Below are positions 12,698-26,400 of a DNA stretch of 64,000 nt, in pieces. Both the position numbers and the translations under genes were made by a program. Below the pieces are notes generated by a model that did no database searches, was not told the origin of the DNA, and saw only the letters and a program-made list of their open reading frames with translations. Source of the DNA: Antedon mediterranea (lineage: Eukaryota; Animalia; Echinodermata); assembly GCF_964355755.1 (NCBI RefSeq), contig NC_092676.1, forward strand, positions 23,578,871 through 23,642,870, written 5' to 3'. Position 1 is the first letter of the stretch, and each line of letters begins with the position of its first letter.

Positions 12698-14024
12698 CTA
12701 GATGGTACGCTCGCTTCGCTCGCGTACCATCTAGGTCGTGCCCACAGATGGTTCTCGAATACACAGTAATTTCAGCGTAACAAAACTGGCGATTTCAATT
12801 GTACGTACCGCAGGACTATAAGACATTGTCGTTTACAGAAACGAATAAATAGACACGATGATTTATGTAGTCAACTAAAATTAGCACCCTGGGAATTACT
12901 TCCGAAGGAGAAACTTATCACAAAATGAGTCCAAATTTTTGATTTGGACTCATTTAAAGAAACCCAATTTGTGTTTTGTATGTAACATTAGGGTTGAGGG
13001 ATGGGGGAAGAAGATAGGTACAAAGAGGAAAAATTTTAAATATATTCTTTATCCACTCAGTAACGAAATATTTTGTTCATGTTTTGTTGGCCTATAAATA
13101 ATATACCTCTAAATACAGTAAACCATTTGCGATTTAATACTTTGTTAAAACTGTCACTGTCATAATCGATTGAAATATTAAAGTACATGTCACGATACAC
13201 CACTACGACGTTTATATTATTGGTAATTATTAATTAATACAAACGTTGAGAAGGAACTGTCAGTATAAAGTTTATTTGTATATAATAATGTGTTTATATA
13301 TCTAACAGTAGAACAGTAGAGCCTAACCACAATCTCAGTAATAAAGTTTGTTTGTATATATTTTTATATTACATCTAACAGTACGAACATTCACAGTAAG
13401 AAATGTTCGATTCAAATGAGGACCAAAAATAGTTAATAGGTATTTACAGTATTGTCAAAGTATTGCAAGTTTATTCTCAAAGGGCCCATATATTTACCTC
13501 CGTATGTGTTACACCAAGGGCTCATAAATTTACCTACTTGTGTTAAACCAAACTCTGGCAGACTGAGAGATTGGGATGTTCCATTCATCGCAAATCAATA
13601 CATTTGTATAATCTTATATTAAATCTATCAAAATAGTATTTTTTAAAGAAAATCGGCCTGTCTTCAACATTATGATGCTGTACTCTAGCTGTTCAACCGG
13701 TTTTCAGCTATTAAAAACCATTATCGTAGGAGGAGATAGGAAAATGCGAAGCCTCCTCGCATTTTTGTGGCGGGTATTTTTCAAGATGGACATCCATTAG
13801 ACAGTGTATACCACGATCGGAAAACACTCCTATTTGGGGCAAATCGTTGAACCTAAATTCGTTTTAATCGTCAATAACTAATTATCTAACTTAATTTAAT
13901 TAGTAAACAGGGTTACATCAGGTGGTTAAAATCAGTACCGAAAGTACGAACCAACTTTATATACCATCGAGTAAAAATTCTAGAAGTAAGGCGCGATTTA
14001 CCGAATTTTGCCCTTACGTAAATT

Positions 14025-14057
<33 letters not shown>

Positions 14058-16310
14058 ATTAATACAAACGTTGAGAAGGAACTGTCAGTATAAAGTTTAT
14101 TTGTATATAATAATGTGTATTTACAGTATTGTCAAAGTATTGCAAGAAGTTTATTCTCAAAGGGCCCATATATTTACCTACCGTATGTGTTAAACCAAGG
14201 GCTTCGCTCGCGTACCGTCTAGGTCGTGCCCACAGATGGTTCTCGAATACACAGTATTTTCCAGCGAGAAAAAAATGGAGATTTCAAATGTACGTAGGCC
14301 TACTGCAGGACTATAATACATTGTCGTTTACAGAAACGAATAAATATACACGATGATTTATGTAGTCAGCTAAAATTAGCACCCTGGGAATTACTTCCGA
14401 GAAGGAAACAAAATGAGTCAAATTTTTTTATTTGGACTCATTATTAAACAAACCCAATTTGTGTTTTGTATGTAACATTAAGGGTTGAGGGATGGGAGAA
14501 GAAGATAGGTACAAAGAGGAAACATTTTAAAATATATTCTTATCCACTCAGTAACGAAATATTGTTTTTAATGTTTTATAGGCCTATAAATAATATACCA
14601 ATAAATACAGTAAAACATTTACGATTTAATACTTTGTTAAAACTCTCACTGTCATAGTCGATTGAAATAGTAAAGTACATGTAACGATGCACCACTACGT
14701 ACGTTTATATATTTTTAAATTATTAATTAATACAAACGTTGAGAAGCAACTGTCAGTAATAACGTTTATTTATTTGTATATTATATGTTTATAATCTAAC
14801 AGTAGGGCCTACCCACACTCACAGTAGTAAAGTTTATTTGTATATTTGTTTATATTATATCTAACAGTACCAACACTCACAGTAAGAAATTTGCGATTCA
14901 AATTGCGATCAAAAGTGGTTAATACCTTAACAGTATTGTACAGCATTGCAATACTATTATGTTTATTCTCCAAGGTGGCCCATAAATCTAAATCTATACC
15001 TCTATGGTTAAACCAAATAATTTGGAATGTTCCATTCATCGCAAATCAATACATTTGTATAAACGTATATTAAATCTATCAAAATAGTATTTTTTTAAAG
15101 AAAATCGGCCTGTCTTCAACATTATGATGCTGTACTCGAGCTGTTCAACCGGTTTTCAGCCATTAAAAACAATTATCGTAGGAGGAGATAGGAAAATGCG
15201 AAGCATCCTCGTATTATCGTCTGCGGGTATTTTTCAAGACGGACATCCATTAGACAGTGTATACCACGATCGAAAAACACCCCTATTTGGGGCAAATCGT
15301 TGAACCTAAATTCGTTTTAATCGTCAATAACTAATTATCGAACTCAATTTAATTAGTAAACAGGGTTACATCAGGCGGTTAAAATCAGTACCGAAAGTAC
15401 GAACCCACTTTATATACCATCGAGTAAACATTCTAGAAGTAACGCGCGATTTATCGAATTTTGCCCTTACGTAAATTTATATATAGATATCATAATGGAT
15501 TTGATGCAGCAACGGTCGCTGTACAGGTAGTTCAAAATACGGAAGTGGAACGACATTGCCACGTCAGCCAATCAGCGACTCACAACAGTTACCGAAGATT
15601 CAGCCAATCAAATCTAAGTCCAAGCTTGTTAATTTTTTAGTGAAATATGTTACGATAATTATCAAAGCCATTATGGCATATGCATAATTGATAACAACTC
15701 GCTTCGCTCGCGTACCATCTAGGTCATGCCCACAGATTGTTCTCGAATACATAATAATTTCAGCGTTAAAAAACTGGCGATTTCAAATGTACGTACCGCA
15801 GGACAATAATACATGTCGTTTACAGGAACGAATAAATAGACACTGTGATTTATGTACTCAACTAAAATTAGCACCCTGGGAATTACTTCCGAAAGAGAAA
15901 CTTGAGAAAATGAGACCAATTGTTTAAGTCAAATTTAAACAAACTTAATTTGTGTTTTGTATGTAACATTAGGGCTGAGGGATGGGGAAGGGGAAAGGGA
16001 TGGGGAAGAAGATGGGTGCAAAGAGGAACAATTTATAAATATATTCTTTGTCCATTTAGTAATGAAATATTAATTGTTTTCACGTTTTACAAATAATATA
16101 CCACTAAACACATTGCGATGTAATACTTTGTTGAAACTATCACCGTCCTAGTCGATTGAAATAGTACAGTACATGTAACGATACATCACTACGACGTGTA
16201 TGTTTATATAATGTAAAACAATTTGTGAAAACCACCTCTATTCGGGGAAAATCATAAATTTGATTTAATCGTCAATAAATATTAAATTATCTAACTCAAC
16301 TTAAATAGTA
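12698..16310 (-). mobile_element. Tandem/compound array of non-autonomous Helitron units
   Basis: On the minus strand the element begins TC(TATATATAAATTTACG) at 15487 and ends with a hairpin plus CTAG at 12698-12734 (ctagatggtacgc...gcgtaccatctag). The unit repeats at 12698-14030, about 14055-15487 and partially at 15698-16310. Confidence 0.75.
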
Positions 16311-17271
16311 AGCCTAATGGTTTTCAATTGTTTCTTAGAGCCAATTCATACTTAAGTTGGTTCCTACCCTACCCACCAAAGTTGTTCTGCGTTTAGGGCA
16401 TGTGATGCACCGTAGGCCTATCCTCTACTGGCTTAACAACGCTACTCATGCCAGTGAGGGAAGGGTGATGATGTGGGTGGTTTAACTGCAATAATAAAGA
16501 TTTGTACATAATATACGGCGACTGAAAACGCTAGCTCATTATCCGTTTAAAAAAAAATTATATCCAACCTCTACAGCACAGATTGAAACAAGAAATATTT
16601 CTTACAAAAAACGCTGCTCGCTTATTGAAAAATATTTTTTATTTCAAAAGTTTTTTAATGTGTCATTTTATTGTCACATAATAGTTATTTTACCTGAAAA
16701 AAATGTAATTTAAAGCAACAAATACTTAAATTGTCTGTCAGACAATGGTTTTTGGGTTTCTTTTCTTTTTTTATATGTGAATAAATATTATATTTTTGTT
16801 ACAACAGAAGTGAATACTAAATTTCTGTTACTTTTGTTAATTTTATTGCTAAGGTCAAATCTGGGGGTCACTTCATCACCCTAGATATTTCAATTGTGAA
16901 GTATCCTATTACAAACACAAACTTTATTGGACGGTTTCGATAATAATTCAATGAATATCTGACAGTGAATATACCAGAAATGCTTAGGGATTTGTAATTT
17001 TAGCATGACATGTCCTAATAGACTCTTTCCCAGACGTTTTTTGGGTCTACTGTAGCAGCTGGAATCAATAAATCATAGTGGAGTTTCCATTTTCACAAAA
17101 CTGTCTGTCCTTAGAACTATAACTGCTGCTTGCTTTAGCTTCTGATTGAGTAGTCCTAATGGGACGTAGCGGGCTAGAGCAGCAGCGTGAAAAAAATGGA
17201 TCGAATTTCTGTTATGAGTATACAGTACTTGCTTTTACGACGCCTGAGGGAATAGACACTTGTGGAACAGA

Positions 17272-17734
17272 GATTGGAATACTCCATTCATCGCAAATCA
17301 ATACATTTGTATAAACGTATATTAAATCTATCAAAATATTATTTTTTAAAGAAAATCGGCCTGTCTTCAACATTATGATGCTGTACTCGAGCTGTTCAGC
17401 CGGTTTTCAGCCATTAAAAACAATTATCGTAGGAGGAGATAGGAAAATGCGAAGCATCCTCGTATTATTGCCTGCGGGTATTTTTCAAGACGGACATCCA
17501 TTAGACAGTGTATACCACGATCGAAAAACACCCCTATTTTGGGCAAATCGTTGAACCTAAATTCGTTTTAATTGTCAATAACTAATTATCTAACTAAATT
17601 TAATTCGTAAACAGGGTTACATCAGGTGGTTAAAATCAGTACCTAGATAACCAACTTTATATACCATCGAGTAAACATTCTAGAAATAACGCGCGATTTA
17701 CCGAATTTTGCCCTTACATAAATTTATATATAGA
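17272..17734 (-). mobile_element. 5' portion of the same Helitron family
   Basis: Near-identical to 15020-15487, with the TC terminus at 17733-17734. Confidence 0.8.
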
Positions 17735-18504
17735 TTCTGACATAGGCGAGCACAATGCAAAAACTTCGGTACAAATCTCCGCCTTGGATACCTACCTTAT
17801 CTATCAGAGATGTACCGCGAAACGTAGATTTGATAACATTAGTTTTCACATCGACGCTATTGTTCCATATTTCTATCTTAGGAAGATATTATAAAGGGTT
17901 TTATAAGAAATTTTCTGATTTCAATCGGTAAATTTTAACTCTATGCGCGGTAGAAGTAATTTTCGGGTTCACAGTAAGGTGTTGGTTTCAACCAGGGAGT
18001 TGTAAAACAACTACCTGTTTCAACTAAGTTGGCCGTTGGTGCTTGGTGGCGATAGCCATTTTGTTTTTTTGTTTATTTTCGGACCGCGCGTGTGAAGGTA
18101 TATAATAGTAGTACATAAACCCCGATAGCCGAGTTGTTGAGTAAGCTGCCAAGACTTTATGTATACTGTGCGCTATCTGTGTCCCGTCAGGATCCTGGGA
18201 TACTGCCCATGTTGCAAGCCGTCTAAAACGTCTTTCTTCTTAGGCCACTGTATCGCGGAATAATGTATTCATTATACCAATTAGGATGGTATTTATTTGA
18301 ATAAACGCTCGGAACACCTCCCCAATAAAACATCATCTAAAATAATTATCTCGCTACTCAACCCCACCCCAAATACATCTAATAAACGCCCATCCACAAT
18401 ATTATATTTATAACCCAATTATACTATTTTTAGTAGATTTCTTCGGACTGTTATCTACAATTTACCAAGCATTTGTTATTCTTTTTTACCACTTTTCATA
18501 TCTA

Positions 18505-18938
18505 CAATAAACACTATACGCCTAAAACGCTATTAATCATCTAAGACACTTAGGTTAGTGAGGACGTTTAGTTTTACGAATATCAAAAGCATTTAAATAA
18601 TGGTAACCGACCGAAATTGTCCAGGCCAGAATGTCCTTCTAAAACTGTTTACGTCCCGAGTCATTATCATTCCGAGAACCATCGTCTACACTTCCTAGAG
18701 GGGGAGCGAGCGAATAAACACTATACGCCTAAAACGCTATTAATCATCTAAGACACTTAGGTTAGTGAGGAAGTTTAGTTTTACGAATATCAAAAGCATT
18801 TAAATAATGGTAACCGACCGAAATTGTCCAGGCCAGAATGTCCTTCTAAAACTGTTTACGTCCCGAGTCATTATCATTCCGAGAACCATCGTCTACACTT
18901 CCTAGAGGGGGAGCGAGCGAAGCGAGCTCACCCTCTAG
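18505..18938 (+). mobile_element. Helitron 3' end with internal tandem duplication of about 208 bp
   Basis: The segment aataaacactatacgcc...ctagagggggagcgagcgaa occurs twice. It ends in the hairpin ctagaggg..gcgagcgaagcgagc..ccctCTAG followed by T. Confidence 0.7.
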
Positions 18939-19344
18939 TAATATAAAACAATACTATTATTGGCATACAATTGATAATATTATTAAGTCTGGTACGCGTC
19001 TATTTCAAATATTATACTAATAATCGTCTTATTCAAAAGCGATATATCGATCGAGCACAAATATCCAACAGATAGCGGTTGTTGTTCAAACAGAGGCAGT
19101 TTATAAATGTTAATAATTATTCATACAGAATCGTTGGACGCCATTGTGCATTGAGTTTTACCACGGAAGAGTGGTATCGCGGAATAATGTATTAATTAAT
19201 CACACTACACAATGTTAGTGTGGTCGAATTAAACATTAAAAGAGTAACGGCGATCAATTAATGATATTCATACTTTATATTCGATATTTCATCATATCAT
19301 TTTTTGATCAAACACGTATGGAAACATTAGAATATTGATCTAAC

Positions 19345-19495
19345 CGGGTACCCATTTATACACCTGGGTGGAGAGCGACAAACGCAAGTAAAGTATCTTG
19401 CCTAGGAATATAAGCAATGCGGCGAGAGTTGCATTCGAACCTGGGTCTCACATCAGTAGTCCAACGTCCAACACCCTGCGCCACACGCCCTCACG
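19345..19495 (-). mobile_element. tRNA-derived CORE-type SINE
   Basis: Minus strand shows A box TGGCGCAGGG, B box GGTTCGAATGC, then a core-like ggcaagatacttt...ctctccacccaggtgtataaatgggtacc segment. Confidence 0.7.
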
Positions 19496-20059
19496 TATAT
19501 GACATTTGTTTTTTTAGATTCTTGTATGATCATAATATTACCTAGTGAAGAGCAATGTACAATCTTAATGTGGTCGAATTATAAGAGTAATGACAATTAT
19601 TTATTGATAATATTCATACTTAATATAAGTTATTTATTTTTTTAACTGTTGTATACGACTTTTGGGGATATTGTATTAAAACTATCAGGGCTGTGATTAA
19701 TTGTCCAAGAGGCAATATTTTTTAGTTATTTTGATATGTAGCTTATCTTTATTTTAAAACTACATTGTACATTAACTTTCTTTCTTTTTTATTTGTTTGT
19801 AACAAATTAGCTTATTTGTTGGTCGTTTCCCCGTCTTCCTTTTTTTTATTTTGTAAAATTTGTACCCTTAGGAAAAACAAGATATTTTCTTTTATGTAAT
19901 TTGGGGTCTCTTCCTTCCTGGGACCCTATTAAACATTGTAAATACCATACTACTATCCTTTTACTATGATTTTGATAAATAAAGGTTTTCGTATTCGTCT
20001 TATATTTAATACGCTCCAATGCACTTTAGGGAGAAACACACATTTACAATACCCACCTG

Positions 20060-20332
20060 GATTCCTGATTGGCGTGACACCGCACATGACGTTAATGATA
20101 TGCTAATTGTAAAGCGCGCGTCCACATTATATTACATTATAATATTATATTATAATATTATTATTATTATATTATTATTGTTATTATTAATATTATATGT
20201 TTCTACGTTGGAATTATTAATTACGGCCTATTAAGCCAGAACAACGATACTTGTGAATACAGTACGGCGTTGCGACGAATCTTTTCACAAAAAGAGATTT
20301 CATTTCGGTGGGCATTTTAACAAAAGGTAGGT
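20060..20332 (+). promoter_or_regulatory. Candidate promoter and non-coding first exon of the sialyltransferase
   Basis: ATTGG (reverse CCAAT), CACATG and ATGCTAAT motifs, followed by an AAAG|GTAGGT donor at about 20327. A homologous module occurs at 7640-7836. The first coding exon has an acceptor 3 nt before its ATG and therefore needs an upstream exon. Confidence 0.4.
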
Positions 20333-20770
20333 TCACACGTTATTAGGGCCTATGCCTATTTATGTTAAACATACATAATTCTTTGTTTGATATCATGTGC
20401 TGAAATACTAATAAATGTGTAGGCCCTAATGGTCTCAATTCGGCTACACATTAAAATTGAAATTGAAAAAAAATTGACTCAGATTTTCATAATAGAAAAA
20501 CTAAATTCTCCTGCCAAAATTCATTTTATTTAGAAGTTTGTTTTATGAACAATGTTTAAACATAGTTTTCTCATTTTTTGTTTTAATAACATGTTGAATC
20601 TTTGATTTTAAAATGTAGTTCTATTTTTATTAGGGATAAGTTCTGAAATCAAAATACTATACATGTGGTTTTCTCGAAATACGACATGGCAATTTAAAAA
20701 GTACGGTAACTTGTTTGTGTTCGAACCCAAGGAGTATACAGAGCTCCTTGTATGCCGAGACGATGTGGAC

Positions 20771-21340
20771 AAACATACCTTTGCCAGTAAGAAAAGCTTC
20801 CATGCTAAAATGCTGATTTTACTTCTGTATTGAAAATAATTGTATTCCTCTGTATATGTTTGAAGTAATAAGAATAAAATATAATATGTTTGGTAATTTT
20901 TTCAATTCACTTGGCCAGTCATTTAGATGTTTTGAGTTTGTGCTCGTTTATTTTAATGTTTTTATATGATGTATTGTGTGGTTCTCAATTTTTTATGTTA
21001 TTTTATGCTATCTTTTTAAAACATTTCAAATATTTTAAGTACCTTTTAATAATTTAAAAAATTGTCACAATTCAGTTTTTTTGTGAAGATGATTTTAATA
21101 AATATACCATTATGAATGAATGAATGAATGCTCATTGTTCTCTCCAAAAAAGGATTCATTTGAGTAAGCAGCAGATATTTGTTTAACTCGGCTTGCTAGT
21201 TGCTGGTTGCAAGAATACATATTGAATGTACTGAAAGTAAAACTAAACAGTGAAGAGATGGTGTCACAAAACATATACATTAAATGCGTGCGCAGTAAAT
21301 ACCAATATGTGCTAGAATTAATAACCAACGCTTGTAAGAA
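20771..21340 (+). pseudogene. Relic of a GVIN/URGCP-like GTPase C-terminal region (copy D), split by a LINE-tail insertion at about 20820-21127
   Basis: KHTFASKKSFHAKMLI (20771-20818) and MLIVLSKK/DSFE*...CWLQEYILNVLKVKLNSEEMVSQNIYIKCVRSKYQYVLELITNAC match the C-terminal regions of copies A, B and C. Confidence 0.8.
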
Positions 21341-21519
21341 GAATAATGGACCATCGTCTACGTTAACGTAGTCATTCATATTAATAGCTTGGTTCTCTTA
21401 CGCTCTTTCTAAATCAATAACCTCAATCATTTCACTTTGTTATCTTACCTCATCTATTATTCGCACGAGTTCTCAATCAAGATTAAACTGCATGTATGAA
21501 TCAAATTGCATTATCTTTG

Positions 21520-22560
21520 ATATATAAATTTACGTAAGGGCAAAATTAGGTAAATTGCGCGTTATTTATAGAATGTTTACTCGATAGTTAATAAAGTTCG
21601 TTCGTACTTTCGTTACTGATTTTATCTACCTGATGTAACCCTGTTTACTAATTAAATTGAGTTCAAAAATTAGTTATTGACAATTAAAACGAATTTAGGT
21701 TCAACGATTTGCCCCAAATAAGGTTGTTTTCCTATCGTGGTATACACTGTCTAATGGATGTCCATCTTGAAAAAATATCAGCACACAATAAAAATACGAA
21801 GATGCTTCGCATGCTCCTCCTACGATAATTGTTTTTAATAGCTGAAAATCAATTGAACAGCTCGAGTACAGCATCGTAATGTTGAAGACAGGCCAATTTT
21901 CTTTAAAAAATACTTTTTTAATATTTTATACAAATGTATTGATTTTCGATGAATGGAACATTCCAAATTATTTGGTTTAACCGTTAAGGTATACCTCCAT
22001 GGTTTAACACAAGTAGGTAAATTTATGGGCTCTTGGAGAATAAACATAATATTAATAATATTGCAATGCTATACAATACTGTAAATAGGTATTAACCACT
22101 TTTTATCGCCATTTGAATCGCACATTTCTTATTGTGAGTGTTGGTACTGTTAGATATAATATAAACGAATACAAGTACACTTTATATTACTGTGAGTGTG
22201 GGTAGCCCCTACTGTTAGATTATAAACACATAATATACTACGTCGTAGTGATGTATCATAATAATAATAATAAACAGTATTTATATAGCGCCTAATGGAT
22301 CACTGACCCCTCTAGGTGCTTTACATAGGACCTTAACTAATGGTAATAAACTATCCCCCGCCGGACACCATTCCAGTATTTCTTAGTCGAGGTTTCTACA
22401 TTACATGTACTTTATTATTTCAATCGACTATGACAGTGGCAGTTTTAACAAAGTATTAAATCGCAAATGTTTTACTGTATTTAGTGGTATATTATTCATA
22501 GGCCTATAAACATTTTAAAAAAAATCGTTATGCCTACTGAGTGGATAGAAAATATTAAAA
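21520..22560 (+). mobile_element. Inverted copy of the Helitron family, interrupted by an L2 tail (22259-22398, minus)
   Basis: Reverse complement of about 14520-15485. The insert is the reverse complement of 52265-52403. Confidence 0.75.
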
Positions 22561-22880
22561 CATTGTTCCGGTACAGGTACTAAAGATCAAGCTACCACAG
22601 CTAGAGAGAACTTTGCAGCAGGAAAAAGAATGAAACTCACTGAAAGTGGAAAAAAAAGCGCAGAAAAAAGGACAAGAAATCTGACTCTAAGTTAAAATTG
22701 CTTGTCTGGTTCTACTGATATTATATAGTTGTCATTTTCAACTTTGACATTTTTATTTTATTAAATAACTTTAAAAAAAAACAAAAAAATAATAGTGTTT
22801 AAAAAAAATATCGAAAGAAACACACGCGTGTTTGATAATTTATGTATTATGTGTTTGGTCATCCAATGGGTATATAAGTT

Positions 22881-23090
22881 GTGTCTGCATATATAATAAG
22901 AAGAAAGTTCGACATTGTTTTTCTACAAGAAACGCATCTTGATAAAAATGTTGTAAACTATAATAAGACGTTGTGGAAAGGCGCATCGTATCATAGTTTT
23001 GGAACGACGAAAAGTAGAGGTGTCTCAATATTTTTTGGAGCGACTATTATTCAAAGTGATGTTTTATTGGGGAAGCTTTTATTAAATTAA
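22881..23090 (+). mobile_element. L1/Tx1-type LINE ORF2 endonuclease fragment
   Basis: DIVFLQETH...WKG..YHSFGT.KSRGVSI is the N-terminal AP-endonuclease motif of L1/Tx1 elements. Confidence 0.75.
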
Positions 23091-23425
23091 AAATTCTGTG
23101 CTCAGAATTAACCATAATTTATATTTAGATACGATTCCATCTTCCTTTTTTAATTTCTAATTCTAATAGACCTAGCCTTGGCTAAGTCATAATTTGTCTA
23201 TTTATAATTGTTGTTATTTTGATCCTGGAGGTATTAATTAATGCTTTACATTAAGAGCATATAGTCAAAGCAGCTAATATCGGTACTAAACGAGTTATTC
23301 TATAACATGCTTCTACTGTAGGTGTATGCCCAAGCAACTTTTTCCATAATGATTTACTTTAGAAAGACTTTTCAAATAATCATTTCCTAAAAATACTAAA
23401 ACAAACTATATTTATGTTTTAGGCG

Positions 23426-26400
23426 ATGGGGTATCTATATCAACAAAGAGTTTTTTTATTTTTATTCATTATTTCTTTGCTGTTTCTGGTGTATAGCTCA
23501 CATTTTTCATCCCCAAAGTAAGTATCGCTAACAAAATGGATATTAAATTATAATGATAATATATAATAAAATAAAAAATTAAATAATATAATGAAATATA
23601 TATATATATATATAAACACATCAGGCAAAGAACATTAATTCTAAACCGTCCGCTGATATATACTGAAATTTAATTAATTAATTTGAAACGATAAAGATGA
23701 GGAAATCTGTGAGAATAAGAAAAAGTCGCCCCAACCGAGACTCTAACTCGGAACGTCTGCTTGATATGCAGCTGTCCCAACCATTAGACCACTGGGGCTT
23801 TCATATATATCCATCCAAAGGTAAATTACTGAAAAAATGACAATGCTGTGGGTATCAGTGGCTGGATCTCAATAGAGATACAAAAAAAAAGCGAAAACTA
23901 AATCAAAACGAAAAGTAAAACAGCCAGAAAAGTTAGCAGATTTCCTTATCTTTCTCGTTTCAAATTAATCAAGTGAAGTTAAAATTGCCTTCATATTCAA
24001 CACAAAATTATACCGTGTATTCTCTTTCTAAAAATGATTATATTACTTATTAGATAAATATCTGCATATCTGTGTTTTACAGGCTAATAAAAGTGCAATT
24101 GATGGGAGTGAACAGAAATATGTCCAGTCAATCGGAAGAAATACTTACGCCTACACAAACAAAAGCAATGTACAAGAATGATTCAATTAGGCCTATATTC
24201 AATTCAACTGTATTTATTCACGGAGCTCAAAATCATTCGGTTCTCAAAGCCACTTCTACAAGTTTTGGAAAACTGGTTCATTTCGGACCAAAAGGTCGAG
24301 AATTTGACTTCCGGATAAATATAGATGTTAAGCCTTCGGTAAGAAACTGCTATTCTATTGTTTGGCATAAAGACACATCATCAATAAAATTGAACGCATC
24401 TAGTCAGTTAGATAGTATTCATTCACGATGTTGACATTTGAAGAATCGTTGATTTAGTAACATTAAACGACGTAACTCTGTGTTAATCACACTCCTTCAC
24501 AAATCATAAAAATTCAAAGATCATGCTTTGAAAAAAGGTATATACATTTCTAAAGTTAAACAATTCCCGCTTCAACAGTTCAGTTGGTTTTTTTTTTCAG
24601 ACTTGCGCAACATCCATTCAGAAAAAGTTCCAGGGAAGTAAATGGGCATCAAATATGTTCCTGCGCAATATCACCATGGTGATGCATCAGGGTGCGATGT
24701 CAAATGCAGAGTATAAAAGACTGCATGCTTTTGGTATGCCTTATGGTCTAAAGGGCTATAAACGTTCTGACTTGTCTTACAAAGGTACATACAGTAATTG
24801 TATTTCCATGCGAGTGCGCCCGGGTAAAATGATGAGTTCTTAGGACTCGCCTGGACAATCATTTTGTACATTAATATATGATGGTTATGACTTGTTTTTG
24901 AAAATAAAAAATACTCAGATACACATTCCTAATAATCATGATAATTATAAAAGAGATGCTTCGGCTTATGAAATAGATTTTATCGGCGTTTTATTAAGCA
25001 AAGTCTAGACGTGATGCTACTGAAAGTATTAATATATATACAAATCAAAATAATATGGTTTTAATATTAATCCAACATATTAATTTGGTTGCGACTCCAT
25101 ACAATTATATTACAGTACTGAATAAAAAGTATATAAAAACAATTTCTGATTTTAATGTAGATCTGCAAGCAATACTATCAAAGCTACCGCATGAATACAG
25201 TATATTAGACTTTTCTAGTAAAGAGAAGCCGACATGTTTAAGCTGTGCTGTTATTGGTAATGGTGGTATTCTTAATGGTTCTAAACTTGGTAAAGAAATA
25301 GACGGACATGATCTTGTATTTCGGTAATTTATTAATTATTGTATTTAGTCATTCATAAACGGATGCAGTTTTATGGTTATTAATAGAGAATCTGAATTGA
25401 CTGCAAGATTTCATCAGATTCTCGTATGGTGACAATATACATTGGGCTCTACATAGTTCATAATTGGTTAACGGTACCCATTTCAATTTTTAGGTGTTAG
25501 TTTGTCATGTATTACATGGAGTTTCGTCATTTGATTCTATTTAGGAAAGCTACATATCACAACCAAGTAGGCCTAACATTATTCTCTAATTGTGATTACT
25601 GTTTTCCTTTTCATAAGTGTGAACCACGCAATTCGAAGAGGGTTTGAAGAAGATGTAGGTAATAAAACTACACATTACGTAATGATGGACAGATCACTAA
25701 TACACACAAGTAAAGAAGACGTTCCACGAGATAAGGTATATGTTTAAAAAAAGAGTTACTAATAATGGTGATGACAACGAAGGCAAGGTTTCCAATTTTA
25801 GGTTTTGAATGGCTTGTGTACTAGTCATATTTCATTTCTTGATGAATCTTAGTTTTATTCTCCGCTTTATATATATGGAACAATCTAAATCGAGAACATA
25901 ATACTCCTAATTCAACTCATAAAAACATTCGAAAACCCCTTTGTAATAATTTTAGACAACAATCACATAAAGTTACAATTTATTAGAGCCAACTATTTTG
26001 GAGCATTAGGCCTATCAAATAAGTTACCCAAAATACAAGATCATCTATTTCTTCTCAAGAAACCAGTACTATCGAAAATAAAACATTTTAAACAGTCTTT
26101 TTTTATGAATAAAATCACAATATTGATAACGAAAATCTAATTATTTACTTTTTCAGGAAATTAAGTATGTGTTCTTACCATGCAGAAGATTAGACTACAG
26201 TTATATAAAAGATGCTATTGGACGGCCTAACCCAAAGCTGAAGTTAGTTACTGATGCAAACAATGTTAGAATACTTCACCCGGATTTCGTTCGTTACATT
26301 AACAAAATGTAAGTAAATTGATAGAGACCAAACAATCTGTACTGTAAGATACTTTACAAGAATATACAGAATTAGTACAGCGTACTCTGTATCTTAATCA

